Shown: positions 38,838 to 53,238 of the stretch, in pieces
Numbering within the stretch: the first letter of the stretch is position 1
Layout: the number at the start of each line of letters is the position of its first letter
Assembly: GCA_951406725.2 (NCBI GenBank)
Contig: OX597822.1
Coordinates: 35,898,001-35,962,000 of the forward strand
Direction of reading: 5' to 3'
DNA length: 64,000 nt
Source of the DNA: Octopus vulgaris
Lineage: Eukaryota
Translations under genes and position numbers: made by a program
Notes under the pieces: model-generated
Told to the model about the DNA's origin: nothing
Seen by the model: only the letters and a program-made list of their open reading frames with translations
The model's database searches: none

Positions 38838-39325
38838 ATAATATTGTTCGGTGTCATTTCTGTGTTGGGCTTTTTTTTTTCGCATTTTATTTTCAAGTCT
38901 ATAAAATAGATGTATTGTAATTCGTGTACTAATACGAAATTGGATTTATTTTATTTTTGTTCCTATATTTAATTCCCATTAACATTCTCTTTTATTGTTA
39001 TCATCATCATCATCGTCCTCATTATTATCTCATTGTTATGACTTAATGGTTTTATCATGTGGGCTTGTAAGAAGAGAACTCCAGTTGTTGCTGACTGGTA
39101 TGTTGGCCTACTGACTGGAAGGAAGGATCGGCTGGACATCTGTGTGACACTGTACTTGCCTGGTACCATGCTGTAGTAGACATCCATGTGGTACTTGTGT
39201 TGTATGTGTTTGACCTAAAGCATCACTTGTCTCTTGATGGCAGTGCTCAACTCTACCTGGTTCACCGAGCTCTCAGAAATACCAGCCCAAACTTCCTTCA
39301 TAATTGGACCATACATAATTTCTTC

Positions 39326-39550
39326 ACCCTTTCGTTACCGTATTTTTTTTTGAGATGCTCTGTGTTTCTTTCAATTATTTTAAATATAACAAATAATTTA
39401 GTAAACTAACTTAGTTATCATTGAACTAGTGTTAGGAACCTAAATTGTGACAAAGGTTTGGTGGAAGATTTTAATTCAAAACTTATAAAAAAAAAAAATA
39501 TTTATACTACAAAGCCAGAGCTGGTTTCAGCTGGGTTAGCAATGAAAGGG
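39326..39550 (-). mobile_element. Second piggyBac-type MITE family (other copies ~41338-41552 and ~47356-47652)
   Basis: ccctttcgttacc..tgtgacaaaggtttggtggaagattttaattcaaaact..aaagggg; reverse of 41338-41552. Confidence 0.7.
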
Positions 39551-39626
39551 GATAGCAAAATGAAATTTTTTTAAAATGACACATTAGATTATGTATTCCT
39601 TAAAACACCAAGCCACCTCTGGAACA

Positions 39627-40186
39627 CTATGTATGTATGTGTGTATATATATGTGTGTATATATGTGTATATATATGTATATATATATATATGTATGTAT
39701 ATATATATGTATGTATGTGTATATGTATGTATGTATGTATATATATGTATATGCATGTATATGTATGTATGTATGTATGTATGTATATGCATGTGTATGT
39801 ATGTATATGCATGTGTATGTATGTATGTATATGCATGTATATGCATGTGTATGTATGTATGTATATGCATGTATATGCATATGTATGTATATATGCATGT
39901 ATATGTATGTATGTATATGCATATGTATGTATATGTATATGTATGTATGTATGTATGTATATGCATGTATATATATGTATGTATATGCATGTATATATAT
40001 GTATGTATGTATGTATATATGCATGTATATGTATGTATATGTATGTATATGCATGTATGTAGGTATATGCATGTATGTATGTATATACATGTATGTATAT
40101 GCATGTATATATATATATATGTATGTATATGTGCGTGTGTATATGTATATATGTGTATATATATATATGTGTGTATGTGTATATTA

Positions 40187-40221
<35 letters not shown>

Positions 40222-40245
40222 CATATATATATACATACATGTGTG
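39627..40245. repeat. Complex (TATG/TATGCA/TA)n microsatellite array
   Basis: Direct reading; it explains all the long Y/I/H/M/C-rich ORFs. Confidence 0.95.
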
Positions 40246-40485
40246 TATCTGTGCCAGAAGGTCTGCAAATCTAATGGAGGCCTCGAAAGACTTTTTAAAA
40301 TCCACGAAAATCAGAACTTAAATGCAACTCTTAGTGGTCCAAATCGGATATGCAATGTATGTGGGTGTCTTTTGAAAACATTGTCTGGTTGAAAAAGCCA
40401 CATCAGATGCCATGATGGTTCTAAGCTGTAGGTACAGGAGGTGAACAAACTCTGCATAAGGATTAGACAACCACCATATCATCAT

Positions 40486-40490
<5 letters not shown>
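40246..40490 (+). pseudogene. RTE/BovB-like LINE 3' remnant with degenerate C2H2-like fingers
   Basis: [19 protein letters not shown]...[20 protein letters not shown], then a short tail ending acaaccaccat(atc)n. Confidence 0.55.
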
Positions 40491-40516
<26 letters not shown>

Positions 40517-40819
40517 ACATATGTATAGTAGTAATAACAATAATCCTTGAATGGAATTTATAAACATTTTAATGCATTGCTATGCACATTTCCACAAATT
40601 GCATGTTGCTGAAGATTATATATCCCTCTCTCTCTCTTTCGGAGAGGCACAAGCACCTACACGTACATATACACACACGGCAATAACTTCCGCCTGCCAA
40701 ATTCCATCACAAAGCTTCGGTCGGCTCGGGGCTATAGCGGAAGACACCTACCCAAAGTGCCACGCAGTGGGACTGAACCCGAATCCATGTAGCTAGGAAG
40801 CAAGCTCCCTAATCACACA

Positions 40820-40853
<34 letters not shown>

Positions 40854-41968
40854 GATATTATAGGTGCAGGCATGGCTGTTTGGTTAAGAAGCATGCTTTG
40901 CAACTTCTTGGTTTTGGATTCAGTCCCACTTCACAGCATCTTGGACAAGTGTCTCCTACTATACCAAAGGGCTATATTAGTGTCTTTTGAATGAATTTGG
41001 TTGACAGAAACTGTGTGGAAGCCCATTGTGGGTGTGTCCGTTCCTACTGCTTGTCAACCAGTGTTGCATGCCTGTAACTTTACACATCATTAAAGAGAGA
41101 TCAATATAATGAACATTAGACTAAGTACTACTGAACTCAATGGTTGGCCTTTTCTATTGTTGATTGATGCTATTGCACAGACAGTAACTTAACTACTTCT
41201 GCTGTGCCTGGGCTGTTTCCAGAACCAAGTATGTAACCCCAAACACACCACTTCTTTCATTCATGGATATGCTATAAACAAAATACAAGCCAATACATTC
41301 ACAGCATCCATGGAACTGCAAAGATGCCTGATATTGGTTAACCCTTTTAATACCCACCCGCTTTAAACTGCCTCTGGTTCTGTAATACAAATGTCTTGTT
41401 TTGAAAAGTTCTGAATTAAAATCTTCCACCAAACCTTAGTCACAATTTATGTTCCTAACATTAGCTTAATGATAACTAAGTTATTTTTTCTAAATTCTTT
41501 ATTATATTTAAAATTAATTTAAAGAAACACAGAGCATCTCAACAGAAATATGCCTTAGAGTCCTTCTCTCTGGATTTTTTTTATGGGTTTATTCTATGTA
41601 CTTGACTAATACCTAACATGGTTGTAGTCCATTGACTAAAACCTGTTGGAAGAATAAAAGAATCAAAGAGACCTTTTCAAAGACAAATATATTTGCCAAA
41701 AATACATTTCCCAGACTGCCTGAATATGAGATTAATTTTGGTTCTATCTAGAGTGGTTGTCATAAAAGAGTTCTCAGCGATCAGTGGATTGAATTGGATT
41801 GGATTGCCTGTGTTCGGTCCACTGCAGGATGAAGGCCTCCACATGTTCTCTCCACCAACCATGGTCCGATGTGGAGACCATGAATTTGAGTTTGAGATCG
41901 TACAGGTTTGATGAGCCTACTCTGCTACACTAGCTCAACATGGTTTGACAGAGGGGTGCAGTTTTTAT

Positions 41969-42214
41969 TATGGCTGTGGTGTCGGAGTCAGAAACAATTA
42001 AAGGATAGCAGGAGTCGGAGTCAGCAAAACTATACTGACTCCAACTCACAATATCTTTAATATAAACCAGTTATAACACATAGGCCTACTCAAAGTACAA
42101 GTGTATGCATATGCTTTATGTGATATGTTGACCACAATCACTTAATTACGAGTCAGAGATGCCAATAGTAGAGGAGTCGGAGTCGAAGCTTTTTATTTCA
42201 ACTCCACAGCCCTG
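41969..42214. mobile_element. hAT-type MITE with GGAGTC subterminal repeats
   Basis: Ends tatggctgtggtgtcggagtc / caactccacagccctg; 8-bp TSD gtttttat (41961-41968) / atttttat (42215-42222). Confidence 0.75.
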
Positions 42215-43630
42215 ATTTTTATACTCTTACTCAGTAGTATTTAAGTCAATTACATCAACCCCAGTGATCAACTGCTACTTATTTTATTGACCCCAAGAGA
42301 ACGAAAGGCAAAGTCAGCCTTGCTAGAATTTGAACTCAGAAAGTATGGTCAGACAAAATACCACAAAGCATTTTGCTTAGTAACGCTAACAATTCTGCTA
42401 GTTTGCTACCTTCAGTGATCAATACTTTCTTTTAAATATTTATTCTTAATTGACGATGTCCAATACAAGTTTTCTCCTGCTCATGTTTCATGTGCAGATA
42501 ACCCTACGATTGCTTTCTTTGTTAACAGAAAGTGCTGCTAAACTAATTAGTATTATTAGCCCTTCTTTGTTAATATTGCATTAATGGAAGTCTATAGATA
42601 ATTAGCTGTCTTCTTAATGGTTGTGCTTATTAAAAATCTCTCTAGCTCATCTAATAACGTGTTAAAACCTCCAAAAATGTGTGCGTGTTTGTATAGTGTG
42701 CCACTATGTGGCTGCTCAATCTGCTAGAAGTAGTATCCGAATTGCCCTCATATGATATCTTACAGTATAAAAGAGGGAATGATATATTGGATAATAATAT
42801 GATCCTAGATACACTATACCTGTAACATAGGTGAAATGATCACAGGTAGAATGCCTTTCATCATAGATCTGCCTAGTCAGAACTGACTTGAAACCAAACA
42901 AGTGGAGTTTCCTATTCATTTATTTTTTTCTTCTCCAGTGGAGCACTAATCCTACAGTGGACTACACACCCAACTTATCTTTCCTTTTGCCAGAGAGTAG
43001 GGTATGCTTTGAGGGAAATTTGGTAGCTATTTCTAGCAAATTACATGACAATGTTGAGGTTCTCTCAGTGGGTCATCAGGAATCAAGTTATTTGATTTCA
43101 GATCATCATTGATCAAGCAGACCTGCGGTCAAAAGTCATTTCACCCATGACCATCTCACCTCATCTGTTCTGACACAATGTTCCTAGGACTACCATGTTA
43201 TTTTCTGCAGCCGCTTGTATAAATATATAAAGAAGGAGGAGGATTTAGCTACTATTTGTAGTACATGGAGGTTTCCTTGTTGATGTAGCATCATGAATCA
43301 CTTGTAGATGAATGATTTTCAAAACTGAAAGCTTTTCCTTTACCACTTAAGTATGATATGGGAGTCACTGCCACGTTTGTGTGTAGGCAGTAGGGCCATG
43401 CATGTGCGTGTGTTATTTTATATTTCACCTGCTTCACAGGAAATATAATTTGCTTGACTTGAGTATTATAAATATTTAATAGACCACAAAAATTATGTCA
43501 AGTTATTGAATATGAAATGAACAAATTATCTTGAAAGGTTTCATTTTTTTTCTTTTATAATGATTAAATCTTATAGAAATATTTAGTGAATATCTGACTG
43601 TTTATGAAAACTTGACAAGCTGAAGATAGG

Positions 43631-43668
43631 TTTATTTATTTATTTATTCTTTTACTTTGCAGGTAAGA
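43631..43668 (+). promoter_or_regulatory. Candidate recursive splice site (zero-length exon)
   Basis: tttatttatttatttattcttttactttgCAG|GTAAGA: polypyrimidine tract plus acceptor directly abutting a consensus donor. Confidence 0.5.
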
Positions 43669-44984
43669 GAAAAACATTAATAACTTATATTTCTGAGACA
43701 GTTATATATCAGTTTATATTTGAATGAACAAATTGTGTGTGTGTGTGTGTCCTTGCCTTGATATTGTGTGACAGTTATCAGTGAGTGTCAAATGTCATAC
43801 AAGCAGTGACATTTGTTGCCAGTCTTCTATGAAAATATGTCCAACCAAGGGAAAATATTGCCTTAACTTGGAAACCAGTTAGGGTTGGTGACAGGAAAGG
43901 CTTCCAGACATAAAAAAAAACAACAAAAAAATATACCTGAACAAATTCGATCTGACCCATGCAAGCATAGAAAAGTAAATATTAAAACAATGATGATAAA
44001 GAATGAATCAGTTTTTCCTATCCTCAGAGGCAACCCATTCATTGCATCTTCATGCACCCTTCAGCATGAATGGGGTTGATGGGCCCTAAGTTCTCTTCCA
44101 ATTTGTGTCAGAATTGACTCCCTCGGCTTTTAATTCTTTGCAGGCACTCACAGGATTTATGCTTGGAATTGTCCTTATTTGGCTGCTTTCCAAGGGTGCA
44201 GAGCCCAAACAACCTACCCACTTATATCAATAGCTTAATTGTCTTCTAGTCACATACTTTAAACAATGCTAAGTGGTTTACTGCTCCCAGTGGTCTAACA
44301 GTACACCAGACACTAACCCAGAATATGTAAGTCCCTGATAGTTGATGATCCTCTTTTGGGTTCATCTATCCTTTTGACAGATATTGTTATAGTTCAGCTG
44401 TGTTTCTAGTAACCCTACCCATCAGGTAAATTTTTTTTAAAAAACTTCCTCTACTTTGCTTTGAAATATGAAAAAAGCAAAGACAAAATTAGGAAAATCC
44501 CAACAAAAATGGAGAAATCCATCTCACTCTTCACATGGAACAGCTGAAGTCTGTCAGTTGAATATCTATTATTTTAATTTCTTTTTTTATGATACTGTAG
44601 GCAGTGTTTCTCAACCTTTTCCCTTTTGTGTAACCCTTAAAATGAATTGCATGTCTCTTGGAACCCCTGCACAAGAAAGATTACATACCATTTCTTTCTC
44701 ATATTTTTTTTTTCAAAGAGAGAGAGAGTATCCATAAATTACAGACATCACTAAATATATCCCCAATGGTTGTTATATTTTTTTGATAACATAATAGGTT
44801 AGATAGGATGATGTCTATATTACAATAACCAGTGATATGTTGTGCATGTATAGCAATATTACGATCATGAAATTAGGATTAGCTTACTCATGGAACCCTA
44901 GTTGTTCACAGTATACATGAGGAAAGAATGGTTAAAGATGAAATGCTCTCAATCATGCATTTGTTTAAATCAAAGCTAACCTGT

Positions 44985-45100
44985 TCTCTGTCACTATACA
45001 TTAGTTAGGTCTGACATGGTCTCTGTCAGTGTACATTAGTTAGGTCTGTCATCATCTCTGTCACTGTACATTTGTTAGATCTGTTTTGGTCTCTGTTACT
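44985..45100. repeat. 35-bp minisatellite, ~3.3 copies
   Basis: tctctgtcactatacattagttaggtctgacatgg variants start at 44985, 45020, 45055 and 45090. Confidence 0.9.
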
Positions 45101-46058
45101 TTTGCCTGGACTCCCAATGGTTCTGTTGCAAACCACAGCAAATTGCAACCCACTCACCCCGAAGCAATGACTGCCATCACATGATAAAGCATCACACATA
45201 TTCTACATAATGCTCCTTCACACCTAAGGTCATGAACCAATGAAAGATTCTCCAAGTTGTTACTCTGCCTGCTACGATTGCTTCCAAATTTCGAAACTCT
45301 ATCCTACTGTATTAAAAAGTGGATGAATATACCACACTGCACATTAAATGCCAGTAAGATGGCAAGCTAGCAGAACTGTTAACATGCTGGACAAAATGCT
45401 AAGAGATATTTCATTCACCTTTACGTTCTGAGCTTAAATTCTGCCAAAGTCAACTTTGCCTTTTGTCCTTTTAGCATCAATAAAACAAGTACCATCCAAG
45501 TAATGGGTGTCAATGTTATTGACTTCCCACTCCCCTCAAAAACTGCTGGCCCTGTGTCAGAATTTGAAACCATTATTAATTGTCAGTGTGTACAGTATGG
45601 TCTGTAATCTAAGTGGAGATATTGTATACGTGGGTAAGCAGATCTATAGGTTGCACCTAGTTACTGTGCCAGTAACATACATGACATAAGACTGCTCATT
45701 AAGGGCTACACGACAACACCTATACCTATGATCTGTGATCACTGTTAAGTTGTAGGTGGCACCTGTGGTGACCATCCCATAGGTGAATCATCGGCAGGAT
45801 TTTCACAGAATACACATGAGCAGATTCTTGTTATTAACTCCAAACATTTTGAATGACTTCAGCTCTGAACTGCTGTTGCTGACAAGATATTTCCCATTAC
45901 AGAGTACTCATATTTACATCAGTAAATTGTACCAATCTGAGCAAAATGTCCTGGATTTAGATATTGCATTGTGGTTGTATTGATGAAATACAACCATTCA
46001 CCTTTCAGCCAGTAGTCTGACACGAAATTGGCTTAACTATCTGAGGTTCTCCACTTAA

Positions 46059-46278
46059 CCCTTTAGCATTCAAACCGGCCATATCTGGCCAAAATATTTA
46101 ACCGGTTTTATATTGAAACTGACCAGATCTCGCCTCTCACCTCAGCCCTACAATGTTATTCTAAAACTAAAAAATCACATCACTGAAATCTCTAAACTAT
46201 AAGATAATGCATGATTAATTCAAACCATTTTAAATAAACAAACATCACATTTGACAGAATAATCTGAACGCTAAAGGG
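46059..46278 (+). mobile_element. piggyBac-type MITE
   Basis: TTAA-ccctttagcattca...tgaacgctaaaggg-TTAA; same family as 37637-37855. Confidence 0.9.
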
Positions 46279-47837
46279 TTAAACAGCAAGACCAAAATAC
46301 TTAAATTCAGTCAGCACCAACCAGACATGTAAAGGATGCATTTCATGTTTGTTATTGCAGCACAATATGATGCTTCAGACATCTTATCAAAACCACTTAT
46401 AAATATTTAGCTATTAATGCGTCTTTCCAAATTTCAAGTGTTCATCATCATCATCTTCAGCACTCTTTCGCTTCCGTAAGTGTTAGTCAATAATCTATGC
46501 CATATTGTACTCCCATCACTGACCAATCAGCTTCTGGCACTGCTTCCTATTTGTGTTGAAGTTAGCAGCTTCATTAAATCCTTGATTTGTATCTGGTTAC
46601 ATCATCACGAACTGTTTGTCTGTCACAAAGCTCCTCCAGCACAACAAGCTCCATGGATTTTGCACTCAAAAGGAGTAAATCTGATTGGACATATTCTGGA
46701 CATAGACAGATACTTCTAAGTCTCTTCCGTATCCGGACGGAAAATGCAATCACACCAACCAGCATGACTCTAAAATTAGCTTGCTCTCTCGGATCTAGCT
46801 CCGAATCAGATTATCCACCTTCAATAACAAATTGCCTCTACCACATCTGCCACACTTCAATTGATTCTGTATACCAATATGTGTGTAAATGGGCAAAATC
46901 TTTTTTATTCAAACTTGTTTCATTAAAGGTGCCACCATTTATTTTGTCTGCTTTTCCATACATGTATGAGTTAAATGGGGCTTTTTGAAACAATGTTTAT
47001 GGCTAGATGCCCTTTCCAATGCCAACCCTTTTAGTTGCCCCTTATAATATGCAGGGATATGCTGTCCTTTTTCCTAAACAAAGATGTATACTCTCTCTCT
47101 CCCTCTTTCTCTCAAGGGAAATCGTAGTTGTGGCCATGTGGTACATGTGCTGGTGGAATGTAAAAGACACCCTTCAAACTTTGGGCCTCATGGAGGTAGT
47201 GACAAGTGTAGGTTATAGTAGCATGTGTGTGTTTGTATGTGTAGTAGTAACTGCATGCGTGTATGCATATTGGTGATAACTGTGTGTGCAGGTGGTAGCG
47301 TGTGTGTGTGTGGTGGGGGGATTAACTGCCTCTGGCTCAATATGAGACTTCCCATTTTAACACTTTTGATACCAATCCGTCTGAGATCACCCCTGATCCT
47401 ATGATACAAGATTTTGGGTTTAAAGTGATCTAAATTTAATTCAGATTTCAAGCACCAGCTTAACAATGACTAAGTCATTTTACTAAAGTCTTCATATCTA
47501 AATTGGAATCTTATATTCCAAATATCAGATTAATAAGAAAAAAAGATTTATTTTATTAAATCTCTCCAAATTCTAAATTTATTTTAAAAATTAGTAAGAA
47601 CATATTAACAATGTATTTGTATCTTGTTTAAAATATGGTCACGAACAGGTTAATGCTTCAGGCATTTTCATGTGTGCATACATATGCACCTATGCATGCA
47701 TTTACACAAGTACTCGTGCATACACTACAGTGCATGGTGGTTACTAAGCATGGCCATAATCATTGCAGTTTAAATGACTAAAGCAATTTCTTTAAAACTG
47801 AAACCTGTTTAGATTCAGGCTGACATAAATGCAAGTA

Positions 47838-47882
<45 letters not shown>

Positions 47883-47888
47883 AGAGAG

Positions 47889-48483
47889 CCTTTAGCATTC
47901 AGACTGTTCTGTCAAATGCAATGCTTATTCATTGACATTTCTCTTTTGTTTGTCATTTGACTGTGGCCATGCTGGAGCACTGCCTTTAGTCGAGCAAATC
48001 GAGCCAGGACTTATTCTTTGTAAGCCTAGTACTTATTCTATCGGTGTCTTTTGCCGAACCGCTATGTTACGGGGACATAAACACACCAGCATCAGTTGTC
48101 AAGCGATGTTGGGGGGACAACCACAAACACATAAACACGCATACACATGCATATATACATATATACAACGGGCTTCTTTCAGTTTCCATCTACCAAATCC
48201 ACTCACAAGGCTTTGGTAGAAGATACTTGCCCAAGGCGCCACGCAGTGGGAATGAACCCGGAACTATGTGGTTGGTAAGCACGCTACTTACCACACAGCC
48301 ACTCCTGCGCCTCATTTGAATTAATCATTCATTTTCTCAAACCTTCAATATTATAATGACATGATTGTTCGTTTTTAGCATAACATTGTAGGACGGGTGT
48401 GAGAAGCCAGATCTGGCCAGTTTGAACATAAAGCAAGTAGAATGTTTTGGATCTGGACATGGCTGGTTTAAATGCTGCAGGAT
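47889..48483 (-). mobile_element. piggyBac-type MITE interrupted by a family A SINE (47941-48312, -)
   Basis: The halves cctttagcattcaga..cttattcattgacatt and tttgaattaatcattc..tggtttaaatgct flank the SINE. Confidence 0.8.
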
Positions 48484-49159
48484 TAAAGTAATACACAGGA
48501 GACGGAAATGAAAAAAAAACTGCCTCAATATATGTAATATGGTTTATTCATCTCAAAACTGAGGCCTCCTCCACTTGCTGCTTTCAGTTTCTTTTTCACG
48601 TACACATACATACCCACATATGCAAGACTGCAACAATCCAGCAAGGGAGCCTCTACATGGTTGTGTGATCTACAAAAAAATTGCAGCCAAATATTTCCCA
48701 ATCTCAGATGTCTTGAATAAGGAAGTCACAGTAGATACTGTAGCCCATACAGACATCAGACGTACATACATATACATGCTTATATCATTCATACATACAT
48801 ACACACTCACACACACACACACTTATATCATACATACATGCATGCATGCATGCGTGCGTATGTACATTAGATACTGTTGTCTTATATACTTGAAAAACAG
48901 ACAGGATGGTCTGCTCAATATTAGTTGACTTAGCTTAGCAACAACTATACAATTACAACACGTGTCTCTCTTTTCCTTGGTTGAAGTCATTGAACTTTGG
49001 CTGTACTGAAGCACTACCTTGAAGGGTTTTGTCAACCAAATCAACTGAAGTACTTATTTTTTTGAAGTCTGGTACTTTATATGACTATTTCACCAACCCA
49101 TTAAGTTATAGGAACAACACTGGTTGCCAAGCAGTGGTGGGGAAGACACACATACATGC

Positions 49160-49196
<37 letters not shown>

Positions 49197-49226
49197 GATA
49201 TGTAGAAAATTACAAACTGAGACAAG

Positions 49227-49257
<31 letters not shown>

Positions 49258-50259
49258 CACACACACACACATACATACATCATTATCATCATCGTTTAAC
49301 GTCCACCTTCCATGTTGGCATGGGTTGGATGTTTTGGCAGGGTTTTTACAGCTGGATTCTCTTCCTAACACCAACCACCCAGCAGAGTGGACTGAGTGCT
49401 TTTTATATGGCACAAGCAAGGTCAGTTTTAGTAAGGTTTTTACTACTGGATGCCCTTCCAAATGCCAACCACTTTACAGTATGGACTGGATGCTTTTTTA
49501 TGTGACATCAGCACTAGCAATATATTTATACATTCACACATACATGATGAGCTTCCATATAGTTTCTGTGTATCGAATTCACTTAGAAGGCATTAGTTGG
49601 TCAGGGGCTGTAGTAGAAGACACTTGCCCAAGGTGCTGTGCAATAGAGCTGAACCTAAAACCACGTGGTTGCAAAGTGAGCTTCTTAACCACACAACTGT
49701 GTCTATGTGTGTGTGTGTGTGTATTGTATAAAAATTGCAGTTTTCTCAGTCTGGGAGAAATGAAAACAAGCTGGCAACTTTAAAAAGTTATAGATAAATA
49801 TGAGATTCTACTGTTTGCTGTTACAGTGATATTTCAAAAATACCAAACATACAACAACCAGGTAGGTAACTTGAGAGAATAATTCAGTACATCACCTGTT
49901 GGTATGCCAGAAACATGACACTATAAATTCCTACAGAACTTACTACTATGACTACTACCATTATTTACTGATAGTTGGCTGTGTTCACAACTTGCTACTG
50001 CTATCTATGTGAAGTTAAGCTAGGCTAACTTATGAATAGTTAATGTGATACCATTCACTGTGTTTGGCCTCCACCACCACTACCACTACTACTCCCACTA
50101 CATTACAGCTGGGATTCTTAATTAAGCTTTCTAAACCCTCATTATAATGACTTTTTTTTTATTTTCTGCACAATGTTTCTTATACTGTTTTCACTTTGCT
50201 TTCTGCTCTCTTTAACATACATGTGTGTATGTATGTGTATATATATATATTATATACAT

Positions 50260-50320
<61 letters not shown>

Positions 50321-51944
50321 GTGTGTGTAAATGGATAGAGATATGAAATCTGGGCAAGTACCTTACAAGCACTCTAGTATAATCTATGTTCTGGTTAACC
50401 ACCTTCGATGATATGGAACAACGGGGAAATTGTTGTTCAGCTAAACAATTATATGGTATTTCATCTGATGGCTGAACCCTCAGTTCACTTCTTTGCAGCT
50501 CACTGGATCCTGTGAAACTGTCCAACCGATGGAAAACAGATGTTAAAATAGCGAGGATGATGTGTGTATGTATGAATGAATGAATGACAGGCTTCCTGCT
50601 ATTTCTATCTGCCACATCTACTCACAAGGTTTTGGTCAACTGGGGGCTCTAGCAGAAAACACTTACTCAAGGTACGAAGCATTGGAACCAAAAGCATGTG
50701 ATTGTGAAGTGAACATCTTAACCACTCAGCCATGCCAGAGCTTATGGTCATAGGCTCCTGTATAGACATACATTTAGATAGACAAACATATACTATATAC
50801 ATACACACATGCACATATATATATACATGTGTGTCTCTGTGTGTACATTCATATCTCCTTGTCATGTCATCATGTGATAATTGTAAATGAGTGTCACTGT
50901 CATACAAACCATGTCATTCACTTTTCCAATATCCTGCACATGTCAGGCAATAAGGACATCATTATCTCAGGTTGGCAATAGGAAGGGCATCCAACCATAG
51001 AAAACCTGCCTTGATAAATTGTCTCTGATCTATGCAAGCATGGAAAAGTGGATATTAAAATGATGATGGTAGCAATTTGCCTGCCCTCTTTCAATCCTGA
51101 CAGTACTCTCCACCAAAAGACCTTTGCCTCCACCCATGAAGGCCACCACATTACCTGATACTGTTCTTTTGCAGTTCACAAACCCTGCACACTGACCTGA
51201 CTTTTTCTCTCATTTGTTCACCTGATTGGCACCTTGAATAACTAACTACTGGCTGGTACAGCAGTACTCAATTTAAGATTGACGCAGAAAAAAAAGATGA
51301 TACTTTTACTAATTCCAGTCATCAGACCACTACAGTCATACCAAGGCACTCACCACCGTCATGAGTTTTAGTCAATTATACCAATCCAAGTATTTAATAT
51401 GCTCTATTTATTGAATGTCTGTGCTTTACTGTAAAGAATGTAATATAATGCACTGCTACACACAAATACACAAAGACATACAAGCCAACAAAGAGAGCCT
51501 CTATGTTGTTGTTTGTTCTGCTAGAAATAGCAGCCAAATCTCTCTCAAATCACACTCAACTGTCTTAGATAATGTACACAATGAACATAATTTTGAAATA
51601 CAATAGGACTGGATTTTCACATCTAGGACATCTTTGAGCACACATCTGCTCAACCAGGGCTGACTTTGGGGCTAAGAAAGTAACAGTAAATTCTATACAC
51701 TTCTGATACAGGGGTGGTCCAAGTACTTTGTGTGTGTGTGTGTGCATGTGTGTTACATTAAATCAAACAAACCCTGTATATAGATAAAATATTCAGTTGA
51801 AATACATCACTGCATTTATCTCAGATCTTGGAATAGGTACACAGTATCCCTGCACATCATTGTAAGAGTGGACTGAAAGGGCTGGCGACAGGAAAGGCAT
51901 CCAGCCTCTGTAAATGAACCATGATGAGGACTATTAATAAACAA

Positions 51945-52240
51945 TTCTGTCGTTGCCAGTGCTGTTGGACTGGCTCCTGTGCAGGTGGCATGTAAAAAGC
52001 ACCATTTGAGCATAGCTGTTGCCAGTACCGTCTGACTGGCCCTCATGCCGGTGGCACGTAAAAGCACCCACTACACTCTTGGGGTCGTTGGCATTAGGAA
52101 GGGCATCCAGCTGTAGAAACTCTGCCAGATCAAGATTGGGGCCTGGTGCAGCCATCTGGTTCACTAGTCCTCAGTCAAATCGTCCAACCCATGCTAGCAT
52201 GGAAAGTGGACGTTAAACAATGATGATGGTGATGGTGATA
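51945..52240 (+). mobile_element. SINE family C with (GAT)n tail
   Basis: ggtggcacgtaaaagcacccactacactc..ttaggaagggcatccagctgtagaaac..ggacgttaaacaatgatgatg. Confidence 0.88.
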
Positions 52241-52423
52241 CCTGATAGACTACTCCTTGTCTGCTTTAGCAAGGAAAATGAATTTAAAACATTTGTTGTT
52301 GTTGCTGTTGGACTTTTATCATCAGCTTTCATGCTTATTGCTTACACAATATAGTGAAGTCAAACTTGAATTTTAAAGAAAATAATCACACAAATCAAAA
52401 TGCTTCATTTTGATTTTATGCAG

Positions 52424-52665
52424 ATTTGTGCAATTTTGCATCCTTTTTTATTAGTTTTTTTTTTTTCTTATTTGCATTTTATTTTTTATCTCCTTGATGA
52501 TAATTCTAGTGTTTCCATTGACTCATAAATGTACAAACACTTATCCACTGCATCAAGTATACACTGCCGCCGTATCTTCTGAAATGAACGAGAGTGTGTG
52601 TGTATGTGGAGGAAGGTGTTGTGGTTTAATCAGGAGACGGTATTATGATTATGATCTTCAAACTG
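52424..52665 (+). other. Candidate 5'UTR/uORF exon
   Basis: Acceptor ttcattttgattttatgcag| at 52423, donor actg|GTAAGA at 52665/52666; unique sequence that keeps several CpGs in a CpG-poor zone. Confidence 0.4.
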
Positions 52666-52837
52666 GTAAGAGTTAATAGGGTTCATGTCAAGCTAAACAT
52701 ATCTTAGTCAACATCTGTTTGAAAAAAAAAAAAAAAAAAAAAAAGGGCCCCTCTATACTATGGGTGGAAAACTCCTTTCTTCAGGATGAAGTTTCATGCA
52801 TATCCAATTCTGAAAGTGGCTTTTTTTTTTTTGCTTA

Positions 52838-52997
52838 GGCATAGGAGTGGCTGTGTGGTAAGTATCTTGCTTATGAACTACATGGTTCCTGGTTCAGTCC
52901 CACTGCATGGCACCTTGACCATGTCTTCTACTATAGCCTCGGGCCGACCATAGCCTTGTGAGTGGATTTGGTAGATGGAAACTGAAAGAAGCCTGTC

Positions 52998-53033
<36 letters not shown>

Positions 53034-53238
53034 GTGAGTGTGTTTGTCCCCCCAACATCGCTTGACAACTGATGCTGGTGTGTTTACGTCCCCATAACTT
53101 AGCGGTTCAGCAAAAGAGACCAATAGAATAAGTACTAGGCTTACAAAGAATAAGTCCTGGGGTCGATTTGGTCGACTAAAGGCGGTGCTCCAGCACGGCC
53201 ACAGTCACATGACTGAAACAAGTGAAAGAGTAAAGAGT
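52838..53238 (+). mobile_element. Full-length SINE family A (an older copy follows to ~53635)
   Basis: ggcataggagtggctgtgtgg..gaaacaagtgaaagagtaaagag. Confidence 0.92.

Noticed and set aside
39584-40305. Six long ORFs in both directions
   Set aside because: Stop-free TATG satellite, not coding.
44985-45100. CRISPR-like 35-bp periodicity
   Set aside because: Contiguous tandem units with no unique spacers, eukaryotic context and no cas genes.
46440-46990. 133-aa and 79-aa ORFs
   Set aside because: No splice support; at most a very decayed LINE fragment (LIGHIL motif), too weak to call.
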